This document shows, piece by piece, positions 16,461 through 26,177 of a stretch of DNA of 64,000 bases. The stretch lies in assembly GCA_963823555.1 (NCBI GenBank), contig CAWGMA010000001.1, forward strand, positions 544,001 through 608,000, given 5' to 3'. How positions within the stretch are numbered: the first letter of the stretch is position 1; the number at the start of each line of letters is the position of its first letter. Below the pieces are notes generated by a model that did not search any database, was not told the origin of the DNA, and worked only from the letters and a program-made list of their open reading frames with translations. The stretch is from Candidatus Eiseniibacteriota bacterium (lineage in GTDB: Bacteria > Eisenbacteria > RBG-16-71-46 > CAVPCR01). The position numbers and the translations under genes were made by a program.

Positions 16461-16490
16461 TCCCGGTCTTGAGGAGGCCATGGGGAGGAG

Positions 16491-17171
16491 ATGAAGGTCT
16501 GCATCGTCGGGGCTTCAGGGAAGCTGGGCCGGTACATGGTGCAGCACGCCCTGGACCGAGGTCACGACGTCGTCGGCGTTTGCCGCGAGCAGAGCGTCGG
16601 CAAGCTCGACGCGTTCAGGGGGCGGATCACGGTCGTTCCGGGCGCCACGAACGACCGCAAGGTCATCAAGCGGGCCGTGACCGGGTGTGACGGCGTGCTC
16701 ACGGTGCTGGTGCCCTGGGGCGTCGAGCAGTATTCGACGGGAACGGCGCAAGCGGTGCTCGACCACGCGCCTCGAGGCGCGCGCCTGGTCTTCTCCTGCG
16801 GCTGGCACATCACACGGGACGGGCAGGACACGTATTCGCCCGCCTTCAGGGCGCTGGTCAGAGTCTTCGGCTGGTTCGCGCGGCTCGTCCGCTTCGCCGA
16901 CATCGACGACCAGGTGGAGGCATGCCGGCGCATCTTCACGAGCGACACCCGGTGGACGGTGGTTCGCGGGAGCGACCTCGAGGAGGGGGAGAGCCAGGGA
17001 TTGCCCGTGTGGAGCCGGCACGTCGGCGACCCGATCCTCGAGAGCAACAAGACGCGCCGGGTGGACTTCGCTCTCTTCATGGTCGCGGCCCTCGAGAACG
17101 ACGAGCTGGTCCACGAAGCACCGGCGATCGTGGGTCGTCTCACGCCGTCGGCGCTTGTGCACGGTGCATGA
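16491..17171 (+). CDS. NAD(P)-binding oxidoreductase (flavin-reductase/atypical SDR-like)
   Basis: Rossmann GASGKLG, WTVVR, RVDFA; RBS GGAGGAG. Confidence 0.85.
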   Translation: MKVCIVGASGKLGRYMVQHALDRGHDVVGVCREQSVGKLDAFRGRITVVPGATNDRKVIKRAVTGCDGVLTVLVPWGVEQYSTGTAQAVLDHAPRGARLVFSCGWHITRDGQDTYSPAFRALVRVFGWFARLVRFADIDDQVEACRRIFTSDTRWTVVRGSDLEEGESQGLPVWSRHVGDPILESNKTRRVDFALFMVAALENDELVHEAPAIVGRLTPSALVHGA

Positions 17172-17297
17172 CCGGAGCCCAAGGGGCATGGGCAAGACCG
17201 GCATGGGGTGGCTTGAACGAGATGCATCGCTGATGGTAAGGAAGCGATGGCTCGATCCATGTGGAGCGCATTCTCACATGAAGAAAGGAGAGATCCC

Positions 17298-17687
17298 ATG
17301 CCCAGCAATGTCGAGACGATCCGCAATCTGTACGCATCCTTTGCCCGCGGTGACATTCAGGGGGTCCTGGGGGCCTTCGCGCCCACTATCGAGTGGACCC
17401 AGGCCGAGGGGTTCCCGTACGGCGGTACCTTTGTCGGTCCGGATGCCGTCCTCCAGAACGTCTTCATGAAGCTCGGTACGGAGTGGGATGGCTGGACCGC
17501 GGTTCCCCGGGAGCTCGTAGCCGAGCGCGACACGGTGGTCGCCCTGGGTGACTATGGCGGGACGTACAAGGCAACGGGTAAGAGCATCAAGGTTCCCTTC
17601 GTCCATGTCTGGAAGCTCCAAGGCGGCAGGGTCGCGACGTTCACGCAGCATACGGATACGGTGGTCGTGCAGCGGGCGCTGAAGTAG
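17298..17687 (+). CDS. SnoaL-like / NTF2 family protein
   Basis: YASFARGD, GFPYGGTFVG, HVWKL..G, QHTDT; RBS AAGGAG. Confidence 0.9.
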   Translation: MPSNVETIRNLYASFARGDIQGVLGAFAPTIEWTQAEGFPYGGTFVGPDAVLQNVFMKLGTEWDGWTAVPRELVAERDTVVALGDYGGTYKATGKSIKVPFVHVWKLQGGRVATFTQHTDTVVVQRALK

Positions 17688-18245
17688 CCGCGCCGTCGCG
17701 GTCGGTGAACAGGGGTGGTGGCTCGAGAAGGAGAAATGGTGCAGCTCGTGGCCGCCGGTGCAATCGTCTTCACGCTGGCCGTGCCCCTCGGAGGGTGCGC
17801 TGACGAGCCATCACAGCGCTCGCCAACGCAGCTTGCGCCCGGCGTCGACTTAGGCTCCACGAGAGTGTCCCGCCCTCCGCATGTGAGGTGGCCCCGGCTG
17901 CACGTCGAGATTGCTTCAGCGATCCCCCTGCCGGGCCGGAGGGTCCGGGACCGCCCTCCGCTCCGCTGCGCGACCTGCTCGATCTTCCGGCCGCTGGCGA
18001 GCGCTGGGTCGTACTTCACGTCCAGCGCGAAGGGATGTTGGCGAAGTTCTGACTCAATCCGGTCCGTGGCTCGGTCCACAGGTTTTTCGACATGGGAACT
18101 CCGGAGAATCCAGGCGATCGTGCTTGAGAACTCGACCATAGCGCGTCAATCACTCTGACTGGTCGCGCCTCCTGATCGGTATCGCTGGCGGCTAAGCGTC
18201 AGCTCGAGACACATAGGTGAAGGGTGATCAACAAGGAGATCTCGC

Positions 18246-18599
18246 GTGAAGACTCAGATCGCGCATCGTCGGATGAGGCTGGGCGTAATCGCTATGCTCT
18301 TGACCTGGGTATCGCTCCTGGTTGCGGGCTGCGCTACGGTGGGCCGAGACTTCCCGACGAACAGAGTCGTTGACATCCGCATGGAGGAAACGACGCAGGA
18401 GCAGATCCGTGATATGTTCGGAGATCCGTGGCGGGTTGGCGTCGAGGATGGGCGGACCACCTGGACATATGGGAAGTACCGGTACCGCCTGTTCGGCGAG
18501 GACAGCACAACCGATCTCGTGGTCCGTTTCAATCAGGCGGGTCATGTTGTCTCCTACTCCTTCAGCACCACGGAGTACCAAGAAGAGGATGCCGATTGA
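18246..18599 (+). CDS. BamE/SmpA-like small lipoprotein
   Basis: Lipobox VAGC, TT.EQI..MFGDP, WTY, DLVVRF; RBS AAGGAG before GTG. Confidence 0.8.
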   Translation: MKTQIAHRRMRLGVIAMLLTWVSLLVAGCATVGRDFPTNRVVDIRMEETTQEQIRDMFGDPWRVGVEDGRTTWTYGKYRYRLFGEDSTTDLVVRFNQAGHVVSYSFSTTEYQEEDAD

Positions 18600-19035
18600 C
18601 CTGGCGTGGCGATCGACCCCACCGAACGCATCCTGGCCCGCTATTGCTGGTGACGTGGCAGTGCTCTGAGCGCTAGTGGACGCGCGGCGTCGACCGCGTG
18701 GGTCGCAGCAGTCCTTCCGAGTTGACCTCCAGCCGTTCCGACCATACCGTTCAGGCCGTGAGAGGGCTCGCCGTCAATGGACTACGAAACCTACCGCCGA
18801 ACGTTCTTCACCCGGCCTTCACCCGAGCGGCGCTTTGCCTTTGCAGGTCTCCACGGTATCAGCGGGTGCTCGGCCCACCAACCTACGTTGAGGCGGGCGG
18901 CTCCGGCGATGCGCCTAGTGACCAGTTGATGTATGAACCGGTTCGCTCGTGTTCAGTCCGGGAGCCATCTGGAACAGAGATCCTGATCAACGCACCCTTG
19001 CTGGCATCCAGGCAGGGGAGCAGGCCGGGACTGGA

Positions 19036-19974
19036 ATGAAGGTCATCCGCGGCGGACTCGAGGATTCGCGCATTCAGGCGCTCCTGGAGCACCACGCCAT
19101 GACCGCGCGCGCGGAGACGGCCCCGGGGAGCGCGCATGCGCTGGACATCGGCGACTTGATGTCACCCGGCATCGAGTTCTGGTCCGCCTGGGAGGGGGAC
19201 ACGCTCCTGGGTGTGGGTGCACTCAAGCGGCTCTCCGACACCCATGGCGAGATCAAGTCGATGCACACGGCCGGGCTCCATCGTCGGTCGGGAGTGGGCA
19301 CTGCCATCCTGCGCCACATCATCGCCGCTGCCCGGATGGGTGGTCTCCGGCGCCTCAGCCTGGAAACCGGCTCCTCGCCCTACTTCCAGCCGGCGCTGGC
19401 GCTATATCGTCGCCATGGGTTCGCGGAGTGTCCGCCGTTCGGAGACTACATTCCAGACCCGAACAGCGTGTTCATGACGCTCGAGATCCCTGAAGCGCAC
19501 CGGTTCCAGCCACTGATCGACCGCGCCTGGCAATTGGCCTATCGAGCGGCGTTCCTCTCGCTCCGGACCTGGTGGCGCATTCGCCATCCCCGCTCCGAAG
19601 GCTCCCTGGTTGCTCTCTGGTACGATGGCCGCGTCCTTCTCGTGCGCACGAGCTACCGGCGCCCGCTTCTCCTCCCGGGCGGGAGCGTGCGCCGAGGGGA
19701 GTCACCGCGGGACACCGCCCTCCGGGAGCTCCAGGAGGAGCTCGCGATCACGCTCGAACCCGATGCTCTGAGGGAGGCGTGGTCCGGCACGCATTTCTTC
19801 GAGGATCGGCATGATACGGTCACCATCTGGGCCGTCGACTGCGCCCTCCCGCCGTTCCCGCGGATCGATAACCGGGAGATCGTCGCGGCGTTCTGGTGCA
19901 CTCCGGTGGAGGCACTGGCATTCGCGCTTCTCCCTCACGTGCGCGATTACCTGACGGAGGCTCTCCCCGACTGA
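19036..19974 (+). CDS. GNAT N-acetyltransferase fused to NUDIX hydrolase
   Basis: N-terminal half has GEIKSMHT..HRRSGVG, LSLETG, LYRRHGF. C-terminal half has Nudix box GGSVRRGESPRDTALRELQEELAI. Confidence 0.85.
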   Translation: MKVIRGGLEDSRIQALLEHHAMTARAETAPGSAHALDIGDLMSPGIEFWSAWEGDTLLGVGALKRLSDTHGEIKSMHTAGLHRRSGVGTAILRHIIAAARMGGLRRLSLETGSSPYFQPALALYRRHGFAECPPFGDYIPDPNSVFMTLEIPEAHRFQPLIDRAWQLAYRAAFLSLRTWWRIRHPRSEGSLVALWYDGRVLLVRTSYRRPLLLPGGSVRRGESPRDTALRELQEELAITLEPDALREAWSGTHFFEDRHDTVTIWAVDCALPPFPRIDNREIVAAFWCTPVEALAFALLPHVRDYLTEALPD

Positions 19975-20014
19975 TGGGCGTGAGCCCACCCGATACAACT
20001 CTAACCAATGGAGA

Positions 20015-20524
20015 GTGGTGATGATCACGAGGGCCCTGCTCACGCTCGTCATGTTGGCCGCGACTGTCCTTACCGGCTGTGGCAGTCCAGAACCGAGCAA
20101 GGAGGTCGCAGCATCGACCGCGGCATCGGGAGGCGAAGCGCCGGAGTACTTCCTCTTGCGACCGGAGGTCGAAAAGGCCTATGGCTATACGCACGCCGTC
20201 AGGATTGGCGACGACATCAAGATCTCCGGTGCGGTGAGCATGGACGATGAGGGCAAGCCCACCGCCGTTGGGGACCTTGAGCAACAGATGAAGAACGCCT
20301 ACTCCGACCTCGACAAGGTCTTGAAGCACTACGGCTGCACCTTCGACGATGTGATCGTCGAGAATGTCTATACGACCGACATGGCGAAGTTCCTCGAGCT
20401 GTCTTCCTATCGCAACACGATCTACACGAAAACCTTTCCGACTGGAACCTGGGTCGAGGTCAAGGGATTGGCGCTTCCCGAGTTCATGATCGAGATCGAG
20501 CTGGAAGCGCACCGATCGCGATGA
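20015..20524 (+). CDS. RidA/YjgF family protein with lipoprotein signal
   Basis: LTGC lipobox, GYTHAVRIG, ISG, V.GLA.P...IEIE. Confidence 0.85.
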   Translation: MVMITRALLTLVMLAATVLTGCGSPEPSKEVAASTAASGGEAPEYFLLRPEVEKAYGYTHAVRIGDDIKISGAVSMDDEGKPTAVGDLEQQMKNAYSDLDKVLKHYGCTFDDVIVENVYTTDMAKFLELSSYRNTIYTKTFPTGTWVEVKGLALPEFMIEIELEAHRSR

Positions 20525-20728
20525 GGCCGACCCCGGAGATATCCGCCCGAGACTTCAGAGGCATGAGCGGTGGGCAACCTGCCGCAATCAGGCGACGACC
20601 GCGCCGCGTTCGGCCAGTCGGGACATGAGAGGAGATCGATCGATGAGGATACTTGCCGTTCCTGCCGCCACTAAGATGTCAATGCGCGCGGCGCCGTTCA
20701 TTCTGCCTGGGCGGACCCGCTCTTGAGC

Positions 20729-21286
20729 ATGAAGAAGCGCTGTGATTGGGCCCGGACACCTCTCAGCGTCCTGTACCACGATACCGAGTGGGGTGTTCCG
20801 GTTCACGACGATGCTGTGTTGTTCGAGTTTCTGACGCTCGAGGGCGCACAGGCCGGTCTGAGCTGGGAGACGATCCTGAAGAAGCGAGAGGCATATCGGG
20901 AGGCGTTTGCCGGCTTCGATCCGAGGAAGGTGTCGCGGTTCACGCCCGAGCGAGTGGAGCTCCTGCTCAAGACCAGCAATATCGTCCGCAATCGACTGAA
21001 GGTCGAGAGCGCTGTGAGCAATGCGCGTGCCGTGGTGACGATTCAGCGTGAATGCGGCAGTTTCGACGCCTATCTGTGGACTCTTGTGGGCGGATGTCCG
21101 CGGGTAAATCGCTGGCGCACCCTGCGGGATGTGCCGGCGCAGACGCCCGAGTCCATGGCAGTAAGCCGTGCACTCTCGAGTAGAGGGTTCAAGTTCGTCG
21201 GCCCGACGATCTGCTATGCCTTCATGCAGGCCGTCGGCATGGTGAATGACCATATCGTGGAGTGCTTCCGACATGGCGAGGTGTGA
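20729..21286 (+). CDS. tag: DNA-3-methyladenine glycosylase I
   Basis: RCDWA, YHDTEWGVP, LEGAQAGLSW.TIL.KR, IVRNRLK, GFKFVGPTICYAFMQAVGMVNDH...C. Confidence 0.95.
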   Translation: MKKRCDWARTPLSVLYHDTEWGVPVHDDAVLFEFLTLEGAQAGLSWETILKKREAYREAFAGFDPRKVSRFTPERVELLLKTSNIVRNRLKVESAVSNARAVVTIQRECGSFDAYLWTLVGGCPRVNRWRTLRDVPAQTPESMAVSRALSSRGFKFVGPTICYAFMQAVGMVNDHIVECFRHGEV

Positions 21287-21324
21287 CGCGAAACGGCCCT
21301 CCTGGCGAACGGAGCGGATGGGGT

Positions 21325-21553
21325 GTGAACTCTGTGCCGATATGCTTGATCGAGTGGATTACAATCCCTGTTCCTGATCTGGAGGCAGCAAAGCGGTTCT
21401 ATACCCTCCGTGCAGCAGTACGAGGCGCGGCTGCAGGAATTCGGGTGCGATATTGTCCGTGGGCGCCACGAGCTTGGGCCCGGCACGGGGTTCTGTTGCA
21501 GGTTCCGCGATCCAAATGGCAACATGCTCGAGATCTACTCCGCCAGCGACTGA
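21325..21553 (+). pseudogene. VOC-family remnant with internal deletion and frameshift
   Basis: IEWITIPVPDLEAAKRFY abuts, in another frame, PSVQQYEARLQEFGCDIVRGRHELGPGTGFCCRFRDPNGNMLEIY*. The central part of the domain is missing. Confidence 0.7.
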
Positions 21554-21704
21554 CGCCGGAAGTGCCTTGCCGGACCATTGACCGACTTGCTAGCTTGGCG
21601 CCGGTCGACCCCTCTCTTGCCCAAGAAGGAGTGAATGGCGGTGCGGACGGGTTGGCGGTAGGGAGGATCCGCAGCTGCTGGAGACATTCGTCCGGAGGCG
21701 GTCC

Positions 21705-22511
21705 ATGAACGCAGCCCCGATCATCGCATCCATCACTGCGAGCGACATTCCCATGGGGATTCGCTCGGCACGACACCTCGACCACTGCTGGCGCGACATG
21801 ATGCGTGGGCGCGATGGCGTGGAGGGTGACGGCTTCTTTCGGGTGATGACTGGAGAGAACCACCCACTGGGGAACGTGGCCATCATCTCGGACGCCAGCA
21901 ACCTGGAGGTCGCACGAGCGGCCGTGGGGCCCTTGATCGATCTGAGCCTGCCGGCCATGGTTCTCTACACCGAAGGCATCACCGAAGGCGTTGCTCAGTC
22001 GCTGGTTGGCCGTGGCTTCGTGCCCGGGGGAGCAATGCCGGCCATGGCGATCGATATCGAGCGATTGCCGGCGAGAGCACTGCCTCCAGGGTTCAACTGG
22101 GTGCGCGTGGATGCGCATGGGAGTGGGTCGGCTTGGTCCGACGTGCTGGCCAAGTGCTTCGATATGCCGCCAACTCTCGCCCGGCGTTTCTCGCCGGAGA
22201 GCCTGGGTGCGGACATGGCGGTGGATGCGCCGGTGCAGTTCTTCGGGATCACCCGCGGTGGAGAGATGGCTGCAACCTCGATGCTCTTTCTCGCTGACGG
22301 GCTGGCGGGCATCTACAGCGTGGCAACCCTGCCCCCTATGCGAGGCCAGGGGCTCGGTGCGTACGCCACGGCGGAAGCACTACGTACAGCTCATCGCCTT
22401 GGCTATCGCGTCGGTGTTCTGCAGTCCTCGGAGTCTGGCCACTCCGTGTACCTCGGACTCGGGTTCCAGGACCTGGGCTCTGTCTCGATGTTCATCCGGA
22501 TGCCGGCCTGA
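21705..22511 (+). CDS. GNAT family N-acetyltransferase
   Basis: AGIYSVATLP..RGQGLG, VLQSS..G..VY..LGF; RBS GGAGG. Confidence 0.88.
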   Translation: MNAAPIIASITASDIPMGIRSARHLDHCWRDMMRGRDGVEGDGFFRVMTGENHPLGNVAIISDASNLEVARAAVGPLIDLSLPAMVLYTEGITEGVAQSLVGRGFVPGGAMPAMAIDIERLPARALPPGFNWVRVDAHGSGSAWSDVLAKCFDMPPTLARRFSPESLGADMAVDAPVQFFGITRGGEMAATSMLFLADGLAGIYSVATLPPMRGQGLGAYATAEALRTAHRLGYRVGVLQSSESGHSVYLGLGFQDLGSVSMFIRMPA

Positions 22512-22622
22512 CAAAGCTCGGCGCCGGCGGCGCGCCGCCTGAGTCGCACCGCCGGCGCTTCCTCCGCCTCCGCCCTCACGGGCGGCGCGGAAAGGCTATG
22601 AGGCGCTTTCCTCCGCCCCGCC

Positions 22623-23021
22623 CTATCTCGCGGTCCGCACGAACTTGTACCCGTAGCAGAGGACGCCCGACTCGCCGTCCTGGCGCACGCGCCGGAACTC
22701 GAGCCGTACCGGGTCTCCGATCTTGATCGCCTCGGGTTCGCAGTCGACGATCTGTCCGGTGACCTTGACCCCGTTCGCGAGCTTGACGATGCCCACCGCG
22801 TAGGGGGCTTCGTCGCCGAACCCGCTCGGTGCCACGCGAATGACCGTGAACGTCTCGACGGTGCCATCCAAGGGCAGCGTCACCTTGTTGAAGACCCGAC
22901 CCCAGCAACCGCTGCACACGAGTCGCGGAGGGAAGAAGATCTTCTCGCACTTGGCGCACTGGGCCGCCTCGTAGCGGTAGCGCTGCGGGATCTCTCGCCA
23001 GTAGCGTGGTGATCCGATCAT
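22623..23021 (-). CDS. Zn-ribbon/OB-fold DUF35 protein
   Basis: CAKC...FFPPR..CSGC, GTVETFTVI, YGYKF; directly after the thiolase. Confidence 0.93.
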   Translation of the reverse strand: MIGSPRYWREIPQRYRYEAAQCAKCEKIFFPPRLVCSGCWGRVFNKVTLPLDGTVETFTVIRVAPSGFGDEAPYAVGIVKLANGVKVTGQIVDCEPEAIKIGDPVRLEFRRVRQDGESGVLCYGYKFVRTAR

Positions 23022-23036
23022 TTCTCTTCTCCCCCC

Positions 23037-24194
23037 TTACACGCGCTCGAAGATGTGAACGACCGTGCTGGCGCCGGTCCCGCCCATGTTCTGCGTGAGT
23101 CCGTAACGCGCATCCTGGACCTGGCGCTCCCCGGCGTCGCCGCGGAGCTGGAGCACCGCCTCGCGGATCTGGGCGACTCCCGTCGCGCCTACCGGGTGCC
23201 CCTTGGACTTGAGCCCGCCCGAGGGGTTGACCGGAATCTTGCCGCCGAGCGCGGTCATCCCGCTTTCCGCTGCCTTCCCGCCCTTCCCGCGCTCGATGAG
23301 TCCCAGCGCCTCGATCACCATGACCTCAGCGATCGTGAAGCAATCGTGGACCTCGACGAAGGAGAGCTTCTCGGGGCCGATCCCCGCCTTCTTGTAAGCG
23401 ATCTCGGCCGCTTTCGCGGTGGCGCTGAGCCAGCACAGATCCTCGCGGTCATGGAGCGCGATGGTGTCGGTCGCATGCGCCGACGCCAGGACCTTGACGT
23501 GCGGTCCCTTCTTGATCTTCTTCGCCTCATCCAGCGAGGCGACGACGACCGCCGCCGCCCCATCGGTGATGGGCGAGCAGTCGAGGATGCGGAGCGGATC
23601 GGCGACGAGCACCGATTCCATCACCTGCTCGGCGGTCACCTTGCTCTGGAACTGGGCGAGCGGGTTCCTGGCGCCGTTGGCGTGGTTCTTGACTGCCACC
23701 GCTGCGAGCTGCTTCCGCGTCGTCCCGTAGCGGTGCATGTGTACGTTGGCCATCATGGCGTAGAGGCCCGGGAAGGTGATCCCGTGATAGCACTCGTACT
23801 CCTGATCGGCGGCGGTCGAGAGCGCATAGGTCGCCGCCCCGCCGTCGACGTCGGTCATCTTCTCGACCCCGCTCGCGAGCACGATGTCGTGCTCGCCTGC
23901 CGCAACCGCGAGCACTGCCTGCCGGAAGGCGAGGCCTCCCGAGGCGCAGGCCGACTCGACCCGGGTCCCCGGAATCGGTCCCATACCAAGCTGCTCCGCG
24001 AGGAGTGCCCCCAGGTGCTCCTGTCCGACGAAGAGCCCGCCGGACATGCAGCCGACATACATCGCATCGACGCGATCGACGCCGGCGTCCTGCACGGCTT
24101 CGAGCGCGGCCTCGGTCCAGATGTCGCGGTGTGACTTCTCCCAGAGCTCGCCCCACCGGTTCATGCCTACCCCGATGACTGCCACGTCACGCAT
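23037..24194 (-). CDS. Archaeal-type acetyl-CoA acetyltransferase (thiolase)
   Basis: VESACASG catalytic Cys, [39 protein letters not shown]. Confidence 0.93.
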   Translation of the reverse strand: MRDVAVIGVGMNRWGELWEKSHRDIWTEAALEAVQDAGVDRVDAMYVGCMSGGLFVGQEHLGALLAEQLGMGPIPGTRVESACASGGLAFRQAVLAVAAGEHDIVLASGVEKMTDVDGGAATYALSTAADQEYECYHGITFPGLYAMMANVHMHRYGTTRKQLAAVAVKNHANGARNPLAQFQSKVTAEQVMESVLVADPLRILDCSPITDGAAAVVVASLDEAKKIKKGPHVKVLASAHATDTIALHDREDLCWLSATAKAAEIAYKKAGIGPEKLSFVEVHDCFTIAEVMVIEALGLIERGKGGKAAESGMTALGGKIPVNPSGGLKSKGHPVGATGVAQIREAVLQLRGDAGERQVQDARYGLTQNMGGTGASTVVHIFERV

Positions 24195-24209
24195 GGTCGA
24201 TCTCCCTCT

Positions 24210-25269
24210 CTAGGCCTCGGCGAGCTTCTTGATCTTGCCGCGGAACTTGGCGTAGGTCCCGTAGTCGACGTAGATCGGATGGTCCTCGAGCTGCGCCCGC
24301 GTCTGCGGGGCGAGCGTCTGCGCTTCGGTGATGCGATCGGTAACCCGCCAGATGAAGCCGTCGCTCCCGGAGCCCGAGCCGTAGCTCACCATCAGGATGC
24401 GGTCGCCCGGCTTCGCGACATCGAGGATGGCCGTGAGCCCCATCGGCGACGAGCCGGAGTAGGTGTTGCCGAGGGTCGGGCAGAGCCAGCCCTGCTCCAC
24501 CTTGCTCCTTGGGGAAGCCGAGCTCGGCCGCGGCCCGCATCGGGAACTTGCCGTTCGGCTGGTGGAAGACGGCCCAGCGGAAGTCCTCGGGCTTGGTCCC
24601 CGACTTCTCCATGATCCCGTGGGCGCAACCCAGGATGTGCTTGAAGTAGGCCGGCTCCCCGGTGAAGCGGCCGGCATGCCGCGGGTAGAACTGGTACTCG
24701 CGCCGCCAGAAGTCGGGCGTGTCGGTCATGTAGGAGTAGGTCTCCTCGCAGACGGCGAGGAGCTTCTCCCTTCCGAAGATGAAGGCCGCCGCCCCGGCCG
24801 AGGCCGAGTACTCGAGGGCATCCCCGGGGGCGCCCTGCGAGGTATCGGCGCCGATCCCGAGCGCGTAGTCGATCTGGCCCGCCTTGACGAGCGAGAGCGC
24901 GACGAACATGCCCTCGCTGCCCGCCTTGCAGGCGAACTCGAGGTCGGCGCAGTGGATCTCGGGCGTGGCCCCGAGCGCCTCGGCGACGACCGTGCCGCTC
25001 GGCTTCACGGCGTAGGGATGGGACTCGGAGCCGATGTAGATCGCACCGATGCTCGCGGGATCGACGTTGCCGGCGCGGCGGAGCGCGTTCCGCGCCGCCT
25101 CGACCGACATCGTGATCGTGTCCTGGTCGGGGGTCGGCACCGACTTCTCGCGCAGCATCAGGCCGCGCTTGTAGGACGGGGCGTCGGCGCCCCAGACCTT
25201 GGCGATCTCCTCGACCTTGATGCGGTGGCGCGGGACGTACGCCCCGTAGCCGACGATTCCGACATCCAT
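24210..25269 (-). CDS. Archaeal-type hydroxymethylglutaryl-CoA synthase; one frameshift near 24505 as assembled
   Basis: [47 protein letters not shown], then [16 protein letters not shown] in the next frame. Confidence 0.92.
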
Positions 25270-25345
25270 GCTTCGCTCCGTCTTGTGGCGTTGAAAGCGC
25301 CCGGGTGCGCTGCAGCGAACCCGGGCCTGATGGCAAAGGCTCTAG

Positions 25346-25801
25346 TTACTCGTGGCACTCCTCATGGCGTTCGAGCATGCCACGCGCCCGGAACACGAGA
25401 TAGGGATGCACCTGAAAAGCAGCGGCCACCTCCCCCGGCGGGCCCTCGACCAGGAAACGCACGCCGCGAGTGTCCCCCTCCGCCTGGCGCACGAGCTCCT
25501 TCGCCGCCAGGCAATCCGCGGTGGGGGAGGCGACGGTCGCCGCCCTTGCCGCCCCCTGTCCTCCGCCCTCGCTGCCGGTCCGCATCCGCTCGTGAGCCCG
25601 GCGCACTTCCTCGATCAGGACGGCTCGGCCGTCCACCGTCTCCAGATAGGCGCGTGCGGCGTCGACGACGAACGGATGCACGCCGAGGGTCACCGCCACG
25701 CTCTCCAGGTAGGCCTGATGCAGGAATCCAAGGCCATGCGGATGCCGGGCGATGCGCTCGACCAGATCAGCAAGTTCAGTTGGCAGGGGTGGAGAGACCA
25801 C
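25346..25801 (-). CDS. Hypothetical protein with two internal ~45-aa repeats
   Basis: RBS GGAGG before GTG. Repeats GLGFL....ESVAVTLGVHPFVVDAARAYLE and GVRFL....GEVAAAFQVHPYLVFRARGMLE. Confidence 0.7.
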   Translation of the reverse strand: MVSPPLPTELADLVERIARHPHGLGFLHQAYLESVAVTLGVHPFVVDAARAYLETVDGRAVLIEEVRRAHERMRTGSEGGGQGAARAATVASPTADCLAAKELVRQAEGDTRGVRFLVEGPPGEVAAAFQVHPYLVFRARGMLERHEECHE

Positions 25802-26177
25802 CGGCGATCCTCCATCAGCGGCCAGGGCATCAGACCAACGTCAGGTCCCTGCGCATAACATGTGCCGCGCATTTCGGACCCGAGCTGTGCCCTTAACTCA
25901 TTCTCAAGACGGCGATTTCGCCCATTCACCACATCGTGGGACTCCGGTTCACGGCTTCATTCTGTCACATGCATCGGGTCGGATCGGTCATTCTGTCGCA
26001 AGCGTCAGACGCAATGGCGCAGTCGCTCGGCTCCGGTCGGGCGAATGGACACATAAGAAAATAGGGAGGTTAGCTCGGTTCGGGGTTGAAATACGAGGAG
26101 CAGTCAATTTCGAGGTGTAAAATGGTGATTGCAGATAACTCTTCCGTCTCCTCGCGCCAACGATCCGGGAGGCGAAG

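Noticed and set aside
17715..18158. 147-aa + ORF with lipobox-like LGGC and the overlapping minus ORF 17552-18139
   Set aside because: No recognisable domain and atypical composition after the first ~35 aa; may be gene debris, but I cannot support a call.
18600..19035. Short ORFs between the BamE-like gene and GNAT-NUDIX
   Set aside because: No motifs or RBS support.
15680..22560. Integron attC sites between accessory genes (weak AAC...GTT pairs, e.g. near 20572-20615)
   Set aside because: No convincing complementary R/L boxes or repeated structure by eye, and no intI; needs a covariance-model search.
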